The notes: generated by a model from the sequence alone, not told the origin. 64,000 bases of DNA from an uncultured Clostridia bacterium (GCA_947591785.1 CANQDK010000008.1:8619-72618); one strand, 5' to 3'; counted from the first letter of the stretch, positions 36,123 through 47,508 are shown. Translations and numbers: made by a program.

Positions 36123-37307
36123 ATGGAAATTGTTAAGAAATTTTCTAAAGAACAAATTGCAGATTTTTTGCAAAGAATTTATACGAATGATAAAGTTAAA
36201 GAAATTGTTAGTAAAGCGACTAATGTTGATAAAGCAGAAGATTTAAATGATAAGATAGGTGAATTTTTGATTCACTTTGCAATTTCAACAGGCGATATGT
36301 CAGATGAAAGCATTTCCTCAATTGCTGAAAAAGTTGGAAATACATATCTAAATTCGACAACCTATCTTTCAAGAAAAGATTTGTTTAGAAAAACAGTCGC
36401 TCCAGTTATTATCGACAAAGTGGCAAAAGATTTAGATTTAAAATCACCATATTCTTTACAAGATTTGATATTGATTTCTTTTAATATCAAATTACAAAAT
36501 TCTAATAATCATTTTTCAACCCATTCTTTTAATGGGGCTCTTTTTGGCGAAGTTAATTCAAATGGATTTGATATTTCCAAAGAACCATTTGTAAACGAAT
36601 TCAACTTGCTTGCAAAATATGGTTTAACGACTCCTTTCAAAAAGGGTGATTTATATGTGTGTGAACTTTCTTATGCAAGTTTTGGATATTTACATCGTAA
36701 TCCTGAAAAACTTTATATGGCCTTAACGGGTGTTAAGAAACAGAAAGATAATCAAACTCAACACGACTTTTTAATGGAATGTCTTGTTGAGAATATTAAA
36801 GAACTTAATATTGACAATCAAAAGAAAAATGAACTTCTCTTTGCAGGTAAAAAAATTATTGATTTTTATACAACTTCCAATAAGGTTTGTATGGCAATTA
36901 TTGAAAAACCAAGCGTTGTTTCATTTATAAGTCCTAAAGATGTTATACTTAATAATTTATGTGCTTTGCCAAGGAACAGCAAAATAAAACTTCTTAATAA
37001 AAAAGAATTTTTGAATGCTTGTATAGAAAAGCGGGTTGATGATGTTGAGAAAATATTGGACGAATGGGAAAAGGATTTCCCAGATTCTAAGTCTATGATT
37101 GAAAAAGAAAAGGAAAATGCTGTTTTTAAGTATTTGACTAAGTATGCTTTAAACAATTTCAGCACTGCTTATGCTGATGGATATGTAGTTAAAGATGGAA
37201 AATTGGCACGAGATGATTTTGCTTTGGCTTGTTTTGATGACTCTGTAAAACTATATCCACAACAGCATAAGGAAATGGCTCAAAGGGAAAGCAAAAAGAC
37301 AAATTAA
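36123..37307 (+). CDS. Hypothetical protein (394 aa), no recognisable domain
   Basis: A long ORF behind a GGAGA SD. No motif that I can name. Confidence 0.5.
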   Translation: MEIVKKFSKEQIADFLQRIYTNDKVKEIVSKATNVDKAEDLNDKIGEFLIHFAISTGDMSDESISSIAEKVGNTYLNSTTYLSRKDLFRKTVAPVIIDKVAKDLDLKSPYSLQDLILISFNIKLQNSNNHFSTHSFNGALFGEVNSNGFDISKEPFVNEFNLLAKYGLTTPFKKGDLYVCELSYASFGYLHRNPEKLYMALTGVKKQKDNQTQHDFLMECLVENIKELNIDNQKKNELLFAGKKIIDFYTTSNKVCMAIIEKPSVVSFISPKDVILNNLCALPRNSKIKLLNKKEFLNACIEKRVDDVEKILDEWEKDFPDSKSMIEKEKENAVFKYLTKYALNNFSTAYADGYVVKDGKLARDDFALACFDDSVKLYPQQHKEMAQRESKKTN

Positions 37308-37397
37308 GAATTTAAAAATTTTTGTTTTCTCAAAAATTTAGACATCTTTTTTTGAGAAAAACGTGAATGGTGTTATAATACAAACAAGGTGAGAAAA

Positions 37398-38621
37398 ATG
37401 AAATTAGAAAATCAAAAACAAAATAATATTGAAGCAATTGAAAAAAGTTTAAAAAAACAATTTGAAGAGATTGAGCAGACAGCATTTTTTAATCAAAAAA
37501 AGGTGCTTGATGCTTTTCGTGAAATTGGAGTGACAACATCACATTTCGTTGGCACAACTGGCTATGGCTATACTGACAAAGGGAGAGATGATTTTGCAAG
37601 GCTTGTTGCAAAAATTTTTCGCACGGAAGATGCAATTTGTTCTCCTCATCTCACATGTGGAACTCACACAATCTCAACAGTGTTGTATGGACTTTTAAGG
37701 CCAAATGATTTGATGATTTCAATCACTGGAGATTTGTATGACACTATGCATGACACATTGTTTGGTGAAGATAACGGAAGTCTGGAAAGTCTGGGTGTTA
37801 AATTTAAGTTTATTGAACTCAATGGAGATTGTTTCAATGAAAAAGAAATTTATAAGGAAGTAAAGGCTTTTCAACCTCGTGTGGTTTTTGTCCAAAAATC
37901 ACGTGGATATTCTTCTCGAAAGGCTCTCTCTTGTGAAGATATGGCACCTATTTTCAAAAAAATTAAAGAACTCTCGCCAAACACCTTTATTGTTGTTGAT
38001 AATTGCTACGGGGAATTTGTTGAAAGAAAAGAACCAACTGAAGTTGGTGCAGATGTTGTTATGGGCTCATTTATAAAAAATTTAGGTGGTTCGCTTGCTC
38101 CAACAGGAGGATATATTGCTGGGACAAAGAGAGCTATTGAAAAAATTGAAAACCGATTTACTTGTCCATCTCTTGGGCGTGAAACTGGAAGCTATGAGGG
38201 TGGTTATCGTCTTTTTTATCAAGGTTTGTTTCTTGCTCCGCATATTGTCAGCCAAGCTCTTAAAGGAGGGCTTCTCGTCGGTGAAGTTATGAAAAGAAAG
38301 GGGTATACGGTTATCCCTGAAACCAACGAAAAATGCTGTGATATTATCAAAAGTGTTGTCTTTAACAAAGAAGATGAATTGATTTCATTTGTTCAACTCA
38401 TACAAAAACTTTCACCTGTTGACAGCAGTTTTGTCCCAGTGCCTTATGCAATGGCTGGCTATACAACAGATGTCATTATGGCAGCGGGAACTTTTGTTGA
38501 AGGAGCTTCGCTTGAACTTTCATGTGATAGTCCAATAAAGAAGCCTTATATTGCTTATTTCCAAGGCGGAATAACTTATGAACAACTTAAAATATTGGCA
38601 GAAGAATTGCAAAATTTTTGA
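37398..38621 (+). CDS. YnbB / methionine gamma-lyase-family (aluminium-resistance-type) PLP protein
   Basis: FFNQKKVLDAFREIGVTTSHFVGTTGYGYTDKGRD and CSPHLTCGTHTIS are characteristic of the YnbB family. ATG 37398 follows AAGGTGAG. Confidence 0.8.
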   Translation: MKLENQKQNNIEAIEKSLKKQFEEIEQTAFFNQKKVLDAFREIGVTTSHFVGTTGYGYTDKGRDDFARLVAKIFRTEDAICSPHLTCGTHTISTVLYGLLRPNDLMISITGDLYDTMHDTLFGEDNGSLESLGVKFKFIELNGDCFNEKEIYKEVKAFQPRVVFVQKSRGYSSRKALSCEDMAPIFKKIKELSPNTFIVVDNCYGEFVERKEPTEVGADVVMGSFIKNLGGSLAPTGGYIAGTKRAIEKIENRFTCPSLGRETGSYEGGYRLFYQGLFLAPHIVSQALKGGLLVGEVMKRKGYTVIPETNEKCCDIIKSVVFNKEDELISFVQLIQKLSPVDSSFVPVPYAMAGYTTDVIMAAGTFVEGASLELSCDSPIKKPYIAYFQGGITYEQLKILAEELQNF

Positions 38622-38728
38622 GAATAGGATTATTTCACTCACTCTGAAATAAAAACAGATGTAAATAATACTAAAATGATTATAGACATTTAGAATTTTG
38701 GATTTTGTTTTGCTTTAATCAACTTATT

Positions 38729-38765
38729 AAATTAGATTATTTTTCTTAATCTAATTTTATTTTTG
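38729..38765 (+). terminator. Rho-independent terminator
   Basis: Perfect 11-bp stem AAATTAGATTA/TAATCTAATTT (38729-38739 / 38747-38757) followed by a T-rich tail. Confidence 0.65.
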
Positions 38766-38792
38766 TGCTATTTTTTAATTCTCTTTTAAATA

Positions 38793-39458
38793 ATGTGTTA
38801 TTTTTTAGTTCTCATTTCAATAAATATACTCTATATGGTTAAGTCTTTAAAAACAAGTTCTCTTTTTGATGGATTGAAATACTCTTGTGCTGGGGCAGTT
38901 AGAGGAAATAAGTGGAAACTCATAATCATTACCGCTTTTATTCTTCTTGGAATTGGTGTTGGAATTTTTGTTGCAGTGAAATATAACAGCAACTGTGAAT
39001 TATATCAACTTAGAGAAATTAATTTACAAGATTTTTATTCGGGATTCACGGCTTCATCATCAGCATTTTTGTCAAGAAGTTTATCTCTTTTGGTTAATGT
39101 TATTCTTGTTGTTTTGCTTTCTTTTTCGCCTTTTTTATTTCCTTTTGCATGTGCTTTGTTTGTTTTTAGAGCATATTTGTTTGGTTTAAATTTCACATTG
39201 ATTTTTGTTTTCTATGGTATAGGTTCACTTTTCACTGCGGTTATTATTATTTTACCATGTCAACTTTTGACTCTTTTTGTTATGGTGATTTTCTATTTGC
39301 TTCTATGCCAATTAAATCATAATTGTAAGAGGTTTGGAGGGGCTGGTGTAAATAGATTTGTTTTTATTCTTGTTGGATTTATCTCTCTTATTTTTTTAAA
39401 TCTTGTTGAAACAATCCTTTTGTGTTTATTAAGTGGGCGTGTGATTCTTGTGATTTAG
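38793..39458 (+). CDS. Polytopic membrane protein, possibly SpoIIM-like
   Basis: Five or six predicted TM helices with SpoIIM-like size and topology. It lies upstream of a DacF-like gene. The start is uncertain (38793 or 38835). Confidence 0.35.
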   Translation: MCYFLVLISINILYMVKSLKTSSLFDGLKYSCAGAVRGNKWKLIIITAFILLGIGVGIFVAVKYNSNCELYQLREINLQDFYSGFTASSSAFLSRSLSLLVNVILVVLLSFSPFLFPFACALFVFRAYLFGLNFTLIFVFYGIGSLFTAVIIILPCQLLTLFVMVIFYLLLCQLNHNCKRFGGAGVNRFVFILVGFISLIFLNLVETILLCLLSGRVILVI

Positions 39459-39481
39459 ATGTTTAGTTTTTTGCTTTTGTA

Positions 39482-39516
39482 AATTGGAATTAGAACAAAC
39501 AATTCCAATTTTTTAT
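39482..39516 (+). terminator. Rho-independent terminator
   Basis: Perfect 10-bp stem AATTGGAATT/AATTCCAATT (39482-39491 / 39501-39510) followed by T6. Confidence 0.7.
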
Positions 39517-39570
39517 TGTATAAATTCACAAGTTTTTGCAAAATCTAAAAGAAAACAAAAGGAGTTAGAA

Positions 39571-40734
39571 ATGAAACGATTTTCAATATCTTGTGTAGTA
39601 TGCATACTTGCTATTGCTATATTTTGCGGTAGTATGCAAGGTTTTGGGACAAAAATTGCTTACGCATCAAACGAACTCGACATCACAAGCAAAAGTGCTA
39701 TATTGCTTGAAGTTGACAGCAACGAAGTGCTTTATTCAAAAAATGAAAGAGAACATCTTCCTGTTGCAAGTATGGTTAAGATGATGACAATTTTAATTTC
39801 TTTGGAGGAATTGCAAGAGGGTAATGTTACACTTGACACAATGATAACAACAACTGAAAATGCTTCAAGTATGGGTGGCTCTCAAGTTTTTCTTGATCCT
39901 TATGTTGAATATAGTTTTGATGACTTGTTAAAGTCTGTCATTATGGCGTCTGCTAATGATGCAAGTGTTGCCCTTGCTGAATATTTTAACGGCAATGAAA
40001 ATGCTTTTACAAATAGAATGAACAAGCGTGCAAAAGAGCTTGGAATGAATGATACACATTATGCAAATTGCACTGGACTTCCAGCACCAGAACAATATTC
40101 TTCTGCAAAAGACACAGCGATTGTCCTAAAAGAGATTTTAAAACATGATATTTATCATAAATACAGCACTGTTTGGATGGATGAATTGACACACCCTTCT
40201 GGAAGAAAAACTGAACTTGTTAACACAAACAGATTGATAAGATATTATCAGGGGTGCGATGGAGGAAAAACTGGTTCAACAAATGAGGCTGGTTGTTGTC
40301 TTGGTGCGTCTGCAGTGCGTAATGATATGCGTTTGATTTCTGTTGTTGTTGGTGCTGAAAACAGTAAGACAAGATTTAATGAAAGTGCAGTTCTTTTTAA
40401 TTATGGTTTTAACAATTTTGAGTCACAAAAACTTGTTGATAGTTCGGTTGAAATTGCAAATATTCCTGTAAGCAAAGGAAAAGTTGGTTCGACTAGTGTT
40501 TTTGCGAATGAAGATTTTTCTGCAGTTGTGAAAAAAGGTGATAAATCTGGTTATGAAGTCAATGTCCAAACAGAAAACAATATCGGTGCTCCAGCAAAAT
40601 CGGGAGATATTGTTGGCATGGCGACAGTCACTAAAGATGGAAATATTGTGAAGCAAATTCCTATTATTGTTAAAGATGATATTAAGCATTTGTCTTATTT
40701 TGAAACAGCTCATAGCATTTTGGAAAAATGGTAA
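39571..40734 (+). CDS. D-alanyl-D-alanine carboxypeptidase (serine-type, DacF-like)
   Basis: SxxK (ASMVK), SxN (SAND) and KTG (KTGST) motifs, plus a signal peptide. ATG 39571 follows AAGGAG. The ORF-track start at 39484 lies inside the upstream terminator. Confidence 0.85.
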   Translation: MKRFSISCVVCILAIAIFCGSMQGFGTKIAYASNELDITSKSAILLEVDSNEVLYSKNEREHLPVASMVKMMTILISLEELQEGNVTLDTMITTTENASSMGGSQVFLDPYVEYSFDDLLKSVIMASANDASVALAEYFNGNENAFTNRMNKRAKELGMNDTHYANCTGLPAPEQYSSAKDTAIVLKEILKHDIYHKYSTVWMDELTHPSGRKTELVNTNRLIRYYQGCDGGKTGSTNEAGCCLGASAVRNDMRLISVVVGAENSKTRFNESAVLFNYGFNNFESQKLVDSSVEIANIPVSKGKVGSTSVFANEDFSAVVKKGDKSGYEVNVQTENNIGAPAKSGDIVGMATVTKDGNIVKQIPIIVKDDIKHLSYFETAHSILEKW

Positions 40735-40965
40735 TTTGAGATTGAAATAAATTTAAAGTAAAAACAAAAAAGTAAAGTCACAAAGTTGTGGCTTTATTTT
40801 GTTTTAATTTCAAACGTTTTATTGACTCATGATTTATTTTTTTATTTTTGTTATTGATTTAATAGTGCAAGCAATTTCAAATTTTTGCATGATATGTGAT
40901 TTGTTGAAAATGTTTTGTGTTTAATTTACTTGCCTTTATTTGTCAGATGATGATATAATTTAATC

Positions 40966-41763
40966 ATGAATATGGCAGAAAATCATGATGCTTTAACGCA
41001 AACAGAAACTGACAATGTGAATGGAGGAGATATTCTCTTCCAAAGTTCTCTTATGCAGTTTAAGTTGGACAACTTTGAAGGCCCGCTTGATTTATTGCTG
41101 CATCTTATTAAAGAAGCTAAACTTGACATATCTGAGGTTTCTCTTGCTCAAATAACAGGACAGTATCTTGAATATATGCAAGACATTAAAAGCGTTGACA
41201 TGGACAGTGCCAGTGAATTTATCACTGTGGCTGCAATATTGCTTGAAATGAAATCAAAAAATCTTCTACCTGTCGAAAAAGAAGCTGAGCCAGATGAAGA
41301 AGATGATGGTACATTGCTTATTCGTAGGTTGAAAGAATATGAGCTTTTCAAAGAAGTTGGAAAAAGTCTTAAAGAAATTGAGGATATTGGAAAACTTTAT
41401 CGTGCACCTGGAAAAGAAACCGAAAAAGTTAAGATTATTATGAAAGATATGGTTCTTGATCAACTTCTTGATGCCTTTGCAAAACTTATGACTCGTGAAG
41501 AACTGAAAAAAGCTGTGCAAAATGAACAACCAAAGAAAATTGTCAAAGATAGGTTTACTGTTGCTGAAAAAATTGTTTCAATTCGTAATTATGCAAAGGA
41601 AAGAAAGCGTTTTGAGTTTGAAGAACTTTTTGATGAGCAAATGACAAAAAGTGAACTTATCAACACATTTTTGGCTCTACTTGAACTTTTGAAACTGCAA
41701 ACTGTAAAAGTCATTCAAAATGGGATTTTTGGAAGTATTGTTATAACAGCAAACGAGGTGTGA
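40966..41763 (+). CDS. scpA: Segregation and condensation protein A
   Basis: FEGPLDLLLHLIKEAKLDISEVSLAQITGQYLEYM is the ScpA signature. It is followed by scpB. Confidence 0.9.
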   Translation: MNMAENHDALTQTETDNVNGGDILFQSSLMQFKLDNFEGPLDLLLHLIKEAKLDISEVSLAQITGQYLEYMQDIKSVDMDSASEFITVAAILLEMKSKNLLPVEKEAEPDEEDDGTLLIRRLKEYELFKEVGKSLKEIEDIGKLYRAPGKETEKVKIIMKDMVLDQLLDAFAKLMTREELKKAVQNEQPKKIVKDRFTVAEKIVSIRNYAKERKRFEFEELFDEQMTKSELINTFLALLELLKLQTVKVIQNGIFGSIVITANEV

Positions 41764-41764
41764 A

Positions 41765-42424
41765 ATGGACAAAGAAATGAAAAAAAACTTGAAAGATATT
41801 GTTCTGTCAGTGCTTTTTGTTGCAGGTGAGGGCATTGAAAAATCTTTCATCGCTGAAAAATTGGATATCACTGAAAAAGAACTTGACAAAGTTTTAGACG
41901 AACTTAAAAAAGAATTCTCTGATGAAAAGGGAATACATCTGATTTTCTATAAGAACAAAGTGCAACTTTCCTCAAATCCTCTTTATGCTGACATTATTTC
42001 TGGAGTGCTTAATCCAATAAGAGAGAAGTCTTTGACAAGAGCGGCACTTGAAACATTGGCTATTATTGCTTACAAACAACCAATCACAAAACTTGAAATT
42101 GAAGATATAAGAAATGTGGGGTGTGACTATGCAATTCAAGTGCTTTCTGAACAAAATATGATTGAAGTTGTTGGCCGCAAAGATGCCGTTGGCAAGCCTT
42201 TACTTTTTGGAACAACTGAAAACTTTTTGAAAAGATTCAATTTGACAAATTTGGCTCAACTTCCTGATTATGATGGGTTGTTGGAGAGAATTAAAGTCAT
42301 TGAAAATGGCGAAGATGAAAAGAGTGACAGTCTTTATAATGAATTTAAACTTCCAGAAGAGGAAGAAATTCCTGAATTTCTTAAAGACGAAGAAAATCTT
42401 CAAACAGTGACAACTGGTGCGTGA
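41765..42424 (+). CDS. scpB: Segregation and condensation protein B
   Basis: VLSVLFVAGEGI, LTRAALETLAIIAYKQPITKLEIEDIRNV and GKPLLFGTTENFLKRFNL. Confidence 0.9.
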   Translation: MDKEMKKNLKDIVLSVLFVAGEGIEKSFIAEKLDITEKELDKVLDELKKEFSDEKGIHLIFYKNKVQLSSNPLYADIISGVLNPIREKSLTRAALETLAIIAYKQPITKLEIEDIRNVGCDYAIQVLSEQNMIEVVGRKDAVGKPLLFGTTENFLKRFNLTNLAQLPDYDGLLERIKVIENGEDEKSDSLYNEFKLPEEEEIPEFLKDEENLQTVTTGA

Positions 42425-42558
42425 ATTTCGCTATATGGAAGATATGAAAATAAATGAGATTTAAAAGGCCTTATTGAAAGGCTTTTTTATTTTATTTTAA
42501 AATGTTTAACTGCACAAACAGGCAAATTTTTTTAGTATAAGGCATAGAAATAATTTAT

Positions 42559-42708
42559 ATGGACAAGCAAAAATCTTATGGAAAAATTTATCAGTCTAAG
42601 AAACTAAAACATAAGTTTTCAGTTAGGTTTGTTTTATTCACTTTCTTATGTTGTTGCACTGCGATTGCTTTGTTTGTTTTATGTGCAGAATTTCTGTTTG
42701 GTTTGTGA
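42559..42708 (+). CDS. Small (49 aa) single-TM protein, translationally coupled to the M50 protease gene
   Basis: ATG 42559 with a basic N-terminus, then the hydrophobic stretch FVLFTFLCCCTAIALFVLCAEFLFGL. The TGA at 42706-42708 abuts the TTG start at 42709. The ORF is below the ORF-track length cut-off. Confidence 0.35.
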   Translation: MDKQKSYGKIYQSKKLKHKFSVRFVLFTFLCCCTAIALFVLCAEFLFGL

Positions 42709-43566
42709 TTGTGGAGTGATTTTTTGAAAATTTTTAAAAATAAAAAATTTATCGTGCATCCCATTGGTTTGTTGATTTGGATTTGGCTTTTTATTGTCCT
42801 TGGTATTCTGCCAGCACTATCTTATTTTCTCGCAATTTTTATCCATGAGGCAGGGCATTATTTGACAGCTCAAAAGTGCGGATACCGATTGTCAAAATTT
42901 TCAATTTCTCCGTATGGTGTGGCACTTTCTTATTTGGGGCAAAACATTGAAAAAAATGATGAAATAAAAATCGCTCTTGCTGGGCCTATTTTCAATCTTT
43001 TTTCAGCCTTCTTAATGCTTGGAGTTTGGTGGATTTTTCCTGATGTTTATGTGTTTACTGATGCATTTGTAAAAACAAGTGTTTGCTTGGCTCTTGTCAA
43101 TTTGCTTCCAGCTTATCCTCTTGATGGCGGAAGAGTTTTTGTTTGCATTTCTTCTGGAATTTTAAATAAAAATCTTGCAAAAAAAATCACTTTAATTTTT
43201 AATTTTGTTTTAGCGCTTTTCTTTTTTGTGCTTTTTATTGTGTTTTGCTTTATAAATTTCAATCCAACTTATTTTCTTTTCGCTTTTTTCCTTTTGCTTG
43301 GAATGTTGGATTTGAATTTTGTTTCCAAATACGAAAAAATAAACATCTTCAAAAAGGACATGAAAAATTTTGTCAAACCGCGAATTCTTTGTGTTAATCA
43401 AAGTGTGACAATAAAAGATTTGCTTGCAAAAGTGCAAACAAATCACACTGTCTTGTTTTGTGTTTGCTTGGAAAATGGAAGAGTTGTCAATCTAAGTGAA
43501 AAAATGCTTTTAAGATTGTCCTTAAATTTCCCATACGAAACAAAACTTGAAGAAATTTTTAAGTGA
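42709..43566 (+). CDS. Site-2 (M50) intramembrane metalloprotease, SpoIVFB-like
   Basis: HEAGH (HExxH) in a TM helix, NLLPAYPLDGGRV (NxxPxxxLDG), and a C-terminal soluble domain. Confidence 0.8.
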   Translation: MWSDFLKIFKNKKFIVHPIGLLIWIWLFIVLGILPALSYFLAIFIHEAGHYLTAQKCGYRLSKFSISPYGVALSYLGQNIEKNDEIKIALAGPIFNLFSAFLMLGVWWIFPDVYVFTDAFVKTSVCLALVNLLPAYPLDGGRVFVCISSGILNKNLAKKITLIFNFVLALFFFVLFIVFCFINFNPTYFLFAFFLLLGMLDLNFVSKYEKINIFKKDMKNFVKPRILCVNQSVTIKDLLAKVQTNHTVLFCVCLENGRVVNLSEKMLLRLSLNFPYETKLEEIFK

Positions 43567-43574
43567 AAGGCTTT

Positions 43575-44024
43575 TTAGTTTTGAGTTAAAAAAGGGAGAA
43601 GTCTGTCAATGTTTTTTCGTTCAAATTCATAAAGTTTCTCTGCTATTTCATCAAGTTCGCTTGAAACATTTTTATGGTCGTCTTTATCTTTGATTAAGGT
43701 TATTATGCCCATAAATGTTCCCATTAGCATCATCTCAGCAATGTTCCTGCTTGATTTGTCCATCATTGTGCCCATATTTATTGCACTCCAAAGCTTTGCT
43801 TTTTCTATCCAGTTGTTATCTTTCAGCCCATCGATTTTTTCCGCTTTTGCAAAATTTTCACATTCTTTTGAAAGGCAATTGTATTCATCTTCTTCACGTG
43901 AAAGTTCTTCAACAAATGTCCCGTTTGATACCTTTGGCAAAATGTCCTCAATCGATTGAATAGCCGTGCGAGTGTTTTGATAGATTGCGTTAAGATATTT
44001 TTCAATGTTTTCTTTCTCTTCCAT
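43575..44024 (-). CDS. Hypothetical helical protein (149 aa)
   Basis: ORF with an AAAGGAAAAA SD-like tract. Predicted to be all-helical. No family assigned. Confidence 0.45.
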   Translation of the reverse strand: MEEKENIEKYLNAIYQNTRTAIQSIEDILPKVSNGTFVEELSREEDEYNCLSKECENFAKAEKIDGLKDNNWIEKAKLWSAINMGTMMDKSSRNIAEMMLMGTFMGIITLIKDKDDHKNVSSELDEIAEKLYEFERKNIDRLLPFLTQN

Positions 44025-44162
44025 AATTTTTCCTTTTTGCTTTAAATTTCTGATTTTTTCTCATCAGTTGTTTTTATTTTGGACTTTTTTCGACAAAATA
44101 TTCCACATTTTATTTTACTATTATTTGATTGGCGATAAATTAAATCTTTTTTAATTATATTT

Positions 44163-45617
44163 TTGCATACAAATATAAAAATTTCTCAAAATATTGTTAT
44201 GAGAACTTCAACAAAAATTTTAGTTTTGATAACTGTGGCTTTGGCTGTGCCAACTTTTATTTTGACTCCAAATCTTGTTTCTGCAATTGTTCCAACAGGA
44301 AATGGATTTGTCTTTTCATTCACTCCACTTGCGTGGGTTGATCTTGCTTTCCAGATTGTCTTTAATATTTTTTTAAGTATTGTTTTCTTTCGTTTCTTAA
44401 AAACTCAAAGGCTTTCAAACATGATTTTCTTTTCAATTGCACCGCTGACTTTGACTTATGCGGTTGGCTTAAGTTATATTGTTGGTGTTAAGAACATGAC
44501 AGGAATCACTGCAGAATCCGTGAGAGCAACTTTGAACATTGCGACAAGTGAGAAATCATATAACAACTTGCTTTGGGCTGGGCTTTTGACTCTTGTCTAT
44601 CTTATTGCACTTTTTATTATTGTTTTGTTTGCGTGTCGTCCTCTTGCTAAAGTGGAAAAAGCCACCGAAAAGCTTGGTGATGGACGCCTTAAACTTGACG
44701 ACTATAAAGTTGGGGGTGGAAAACAATTTAGAGAAATTGAAAACTCTCTTAATAAAATCAATTACAGTATAAAAGAAAAAGAAAATAAAATTAAGCAAGC
44801 AAACTTGGAAACACAAAAATTTATTCCTAAACAATTTTTCAAATTCCTTGGAAAAAATAGTCTTGAAGAACTTGAACTTGGAAATCAGGTTAAGAAAAAT
44901 GCAACAACTCTTTTCTGTGATTTAAAAAGTGCAACAAACATAAGCAGAAGTTTGAGTCTTGAAGAAAATTTTAACTACATCAATTCTTATCTTAAAACTG
45001 TTGCTCCACTCATTAGAAGATTTGGTGGTTTTATTGATAAATATCTTGGAGATGGAGTTTTGTCTGTGTTCTCAAAACCACAAGATGCAATTGAGTGTGC
45101 TCATGCAATCTTTCGTGCTATTGATGTTAAGAACAAAAGTCAAAAAGAACTTCCTGCAATTGATGCGAGAATTTCCGTCAATACTGGAGAAATCATTTTT
45201 GGCATTGTTGGAGATGAGGAAAGAAAAAGCCCAACCATCATAAGTGATGTTGTCAATTTGGCAGGAAAAATGGAAGAAATCAATATGTATATTGGCACTA
45301 AATTTTTAATTGCAAAATCATCTCTTAATGAACTTCCACAAAATTTTGAATTTGATTATCGTTATTGTGGTGCTTTGTCGCTTGAAGATGGCTCACAAGT
45401 TCCATTGTTTGAAAGTTTAAATTACTATCCAAAAAACAAGAAGGAAAAATTAAAAAAACTTAGAAGCAAATTTGAAGCAGGGGTGAGAGCATACAACGAA
45501 AAAAACTATAAAGAAGCAAAAGAATGTTTTGAGTTTATTTTACACTATGTGCCTGACGATAAGCCGTCTTTTGTCTATTTCAATCATGCAAATGAGAAAT
45601 TGAAAAATATTGCATAA
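44163..45617 (+). CDS. Membrane-anchored class III nucleotidyl (adenylate/guanylate) cyclase with a HAMP-like linker
   Basis: N-terminal TM helices. Cyclase core: TLFCDLKSAT (metal Asp), DKYLGDGVLSVF (Lys + metal Asp), VNTGEIIFGIVGD and VNLAGKME. Alternative ATG at 44199. Confidence 0.75.
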   Translation: MHTNIKISQNIVMRTSTKILVLITVALAVPTFILTPNLVSAIVPTGNGFVFSFTPLAWVDLAFQIVFNIFLSIVFFRFLKTQRLSNMIFFSIAPLTLTYAVGLSYIVGVKNMTGITAESVRATLNIATSEKSYNNLLWAGLLTLVYLIALFIIVLFACRPLAKVEKATEKLGDGRLKLDDYKVGGGKQFREIENSLNKINYSIKEKENKIKQANLETQKFIPKQFFKFLGKNSLEELELGNQVKKNATTLFCDLKSATNISRSLSLEENFNYINSYLKTVAPLIRRFGGFIDKYLGDGVLSVFSKPQDAIECAHAIFRAIDVKNKSQKELPAIDARISVNTGEIIFGIVGDEERKSPTIISDVVNLAGKMEEINMYIGTKFLIAKSSLNELPQNFEFDYRYCGALSLEDGSQVPLFESLNYYPKNKKEKLKKLRSKFEAGVRAYNEKNYKEAKECFEFILHYVPDDKPSFVYFNHANEKLKNIA

Positions 45618-45697
45618 AAGTTAAAAGAAAAAATCTAAATTTCTTTAACTTGAAAATGACTTGACAATAAGGGTGAATTTTGTTTAAAATTAGTTAA

Positions 45698-47436
<1,739 letters not shown>

Positions 47437-47457
47437 ACTTTGTTTTTACTAAAACTT

Positions 47458-47508
47458 GCATACTACTATAATTTGTGTAGTATGCAGTGCATAATACACC
47501 AAATATTG
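47458..47508 (-). repeat. Copy B (inverted) of the ytfJ-leader element
   Basis: The reverse complement reads CAATATTTGGTGTATTATGCA-CTGC-ATACTACACAA. It also forms a perfect 9-bp hairpin GCATACTAC/GTAGTATGC (47458-47466 / 47477-47485). Confidence 0.7.

Noticed and set aside
29295-37388. Integron-like cassette array, integrative element or prophage remnant.
   Set aside because: The window has no IntI-type or other recombinase, no transposase and no phage structural gene. The repeat words in the spacers are A/T tracts that do not form attC-like imperfect hairpins with extrahelical bases. The observations are reported as findings but not called a mobile element.
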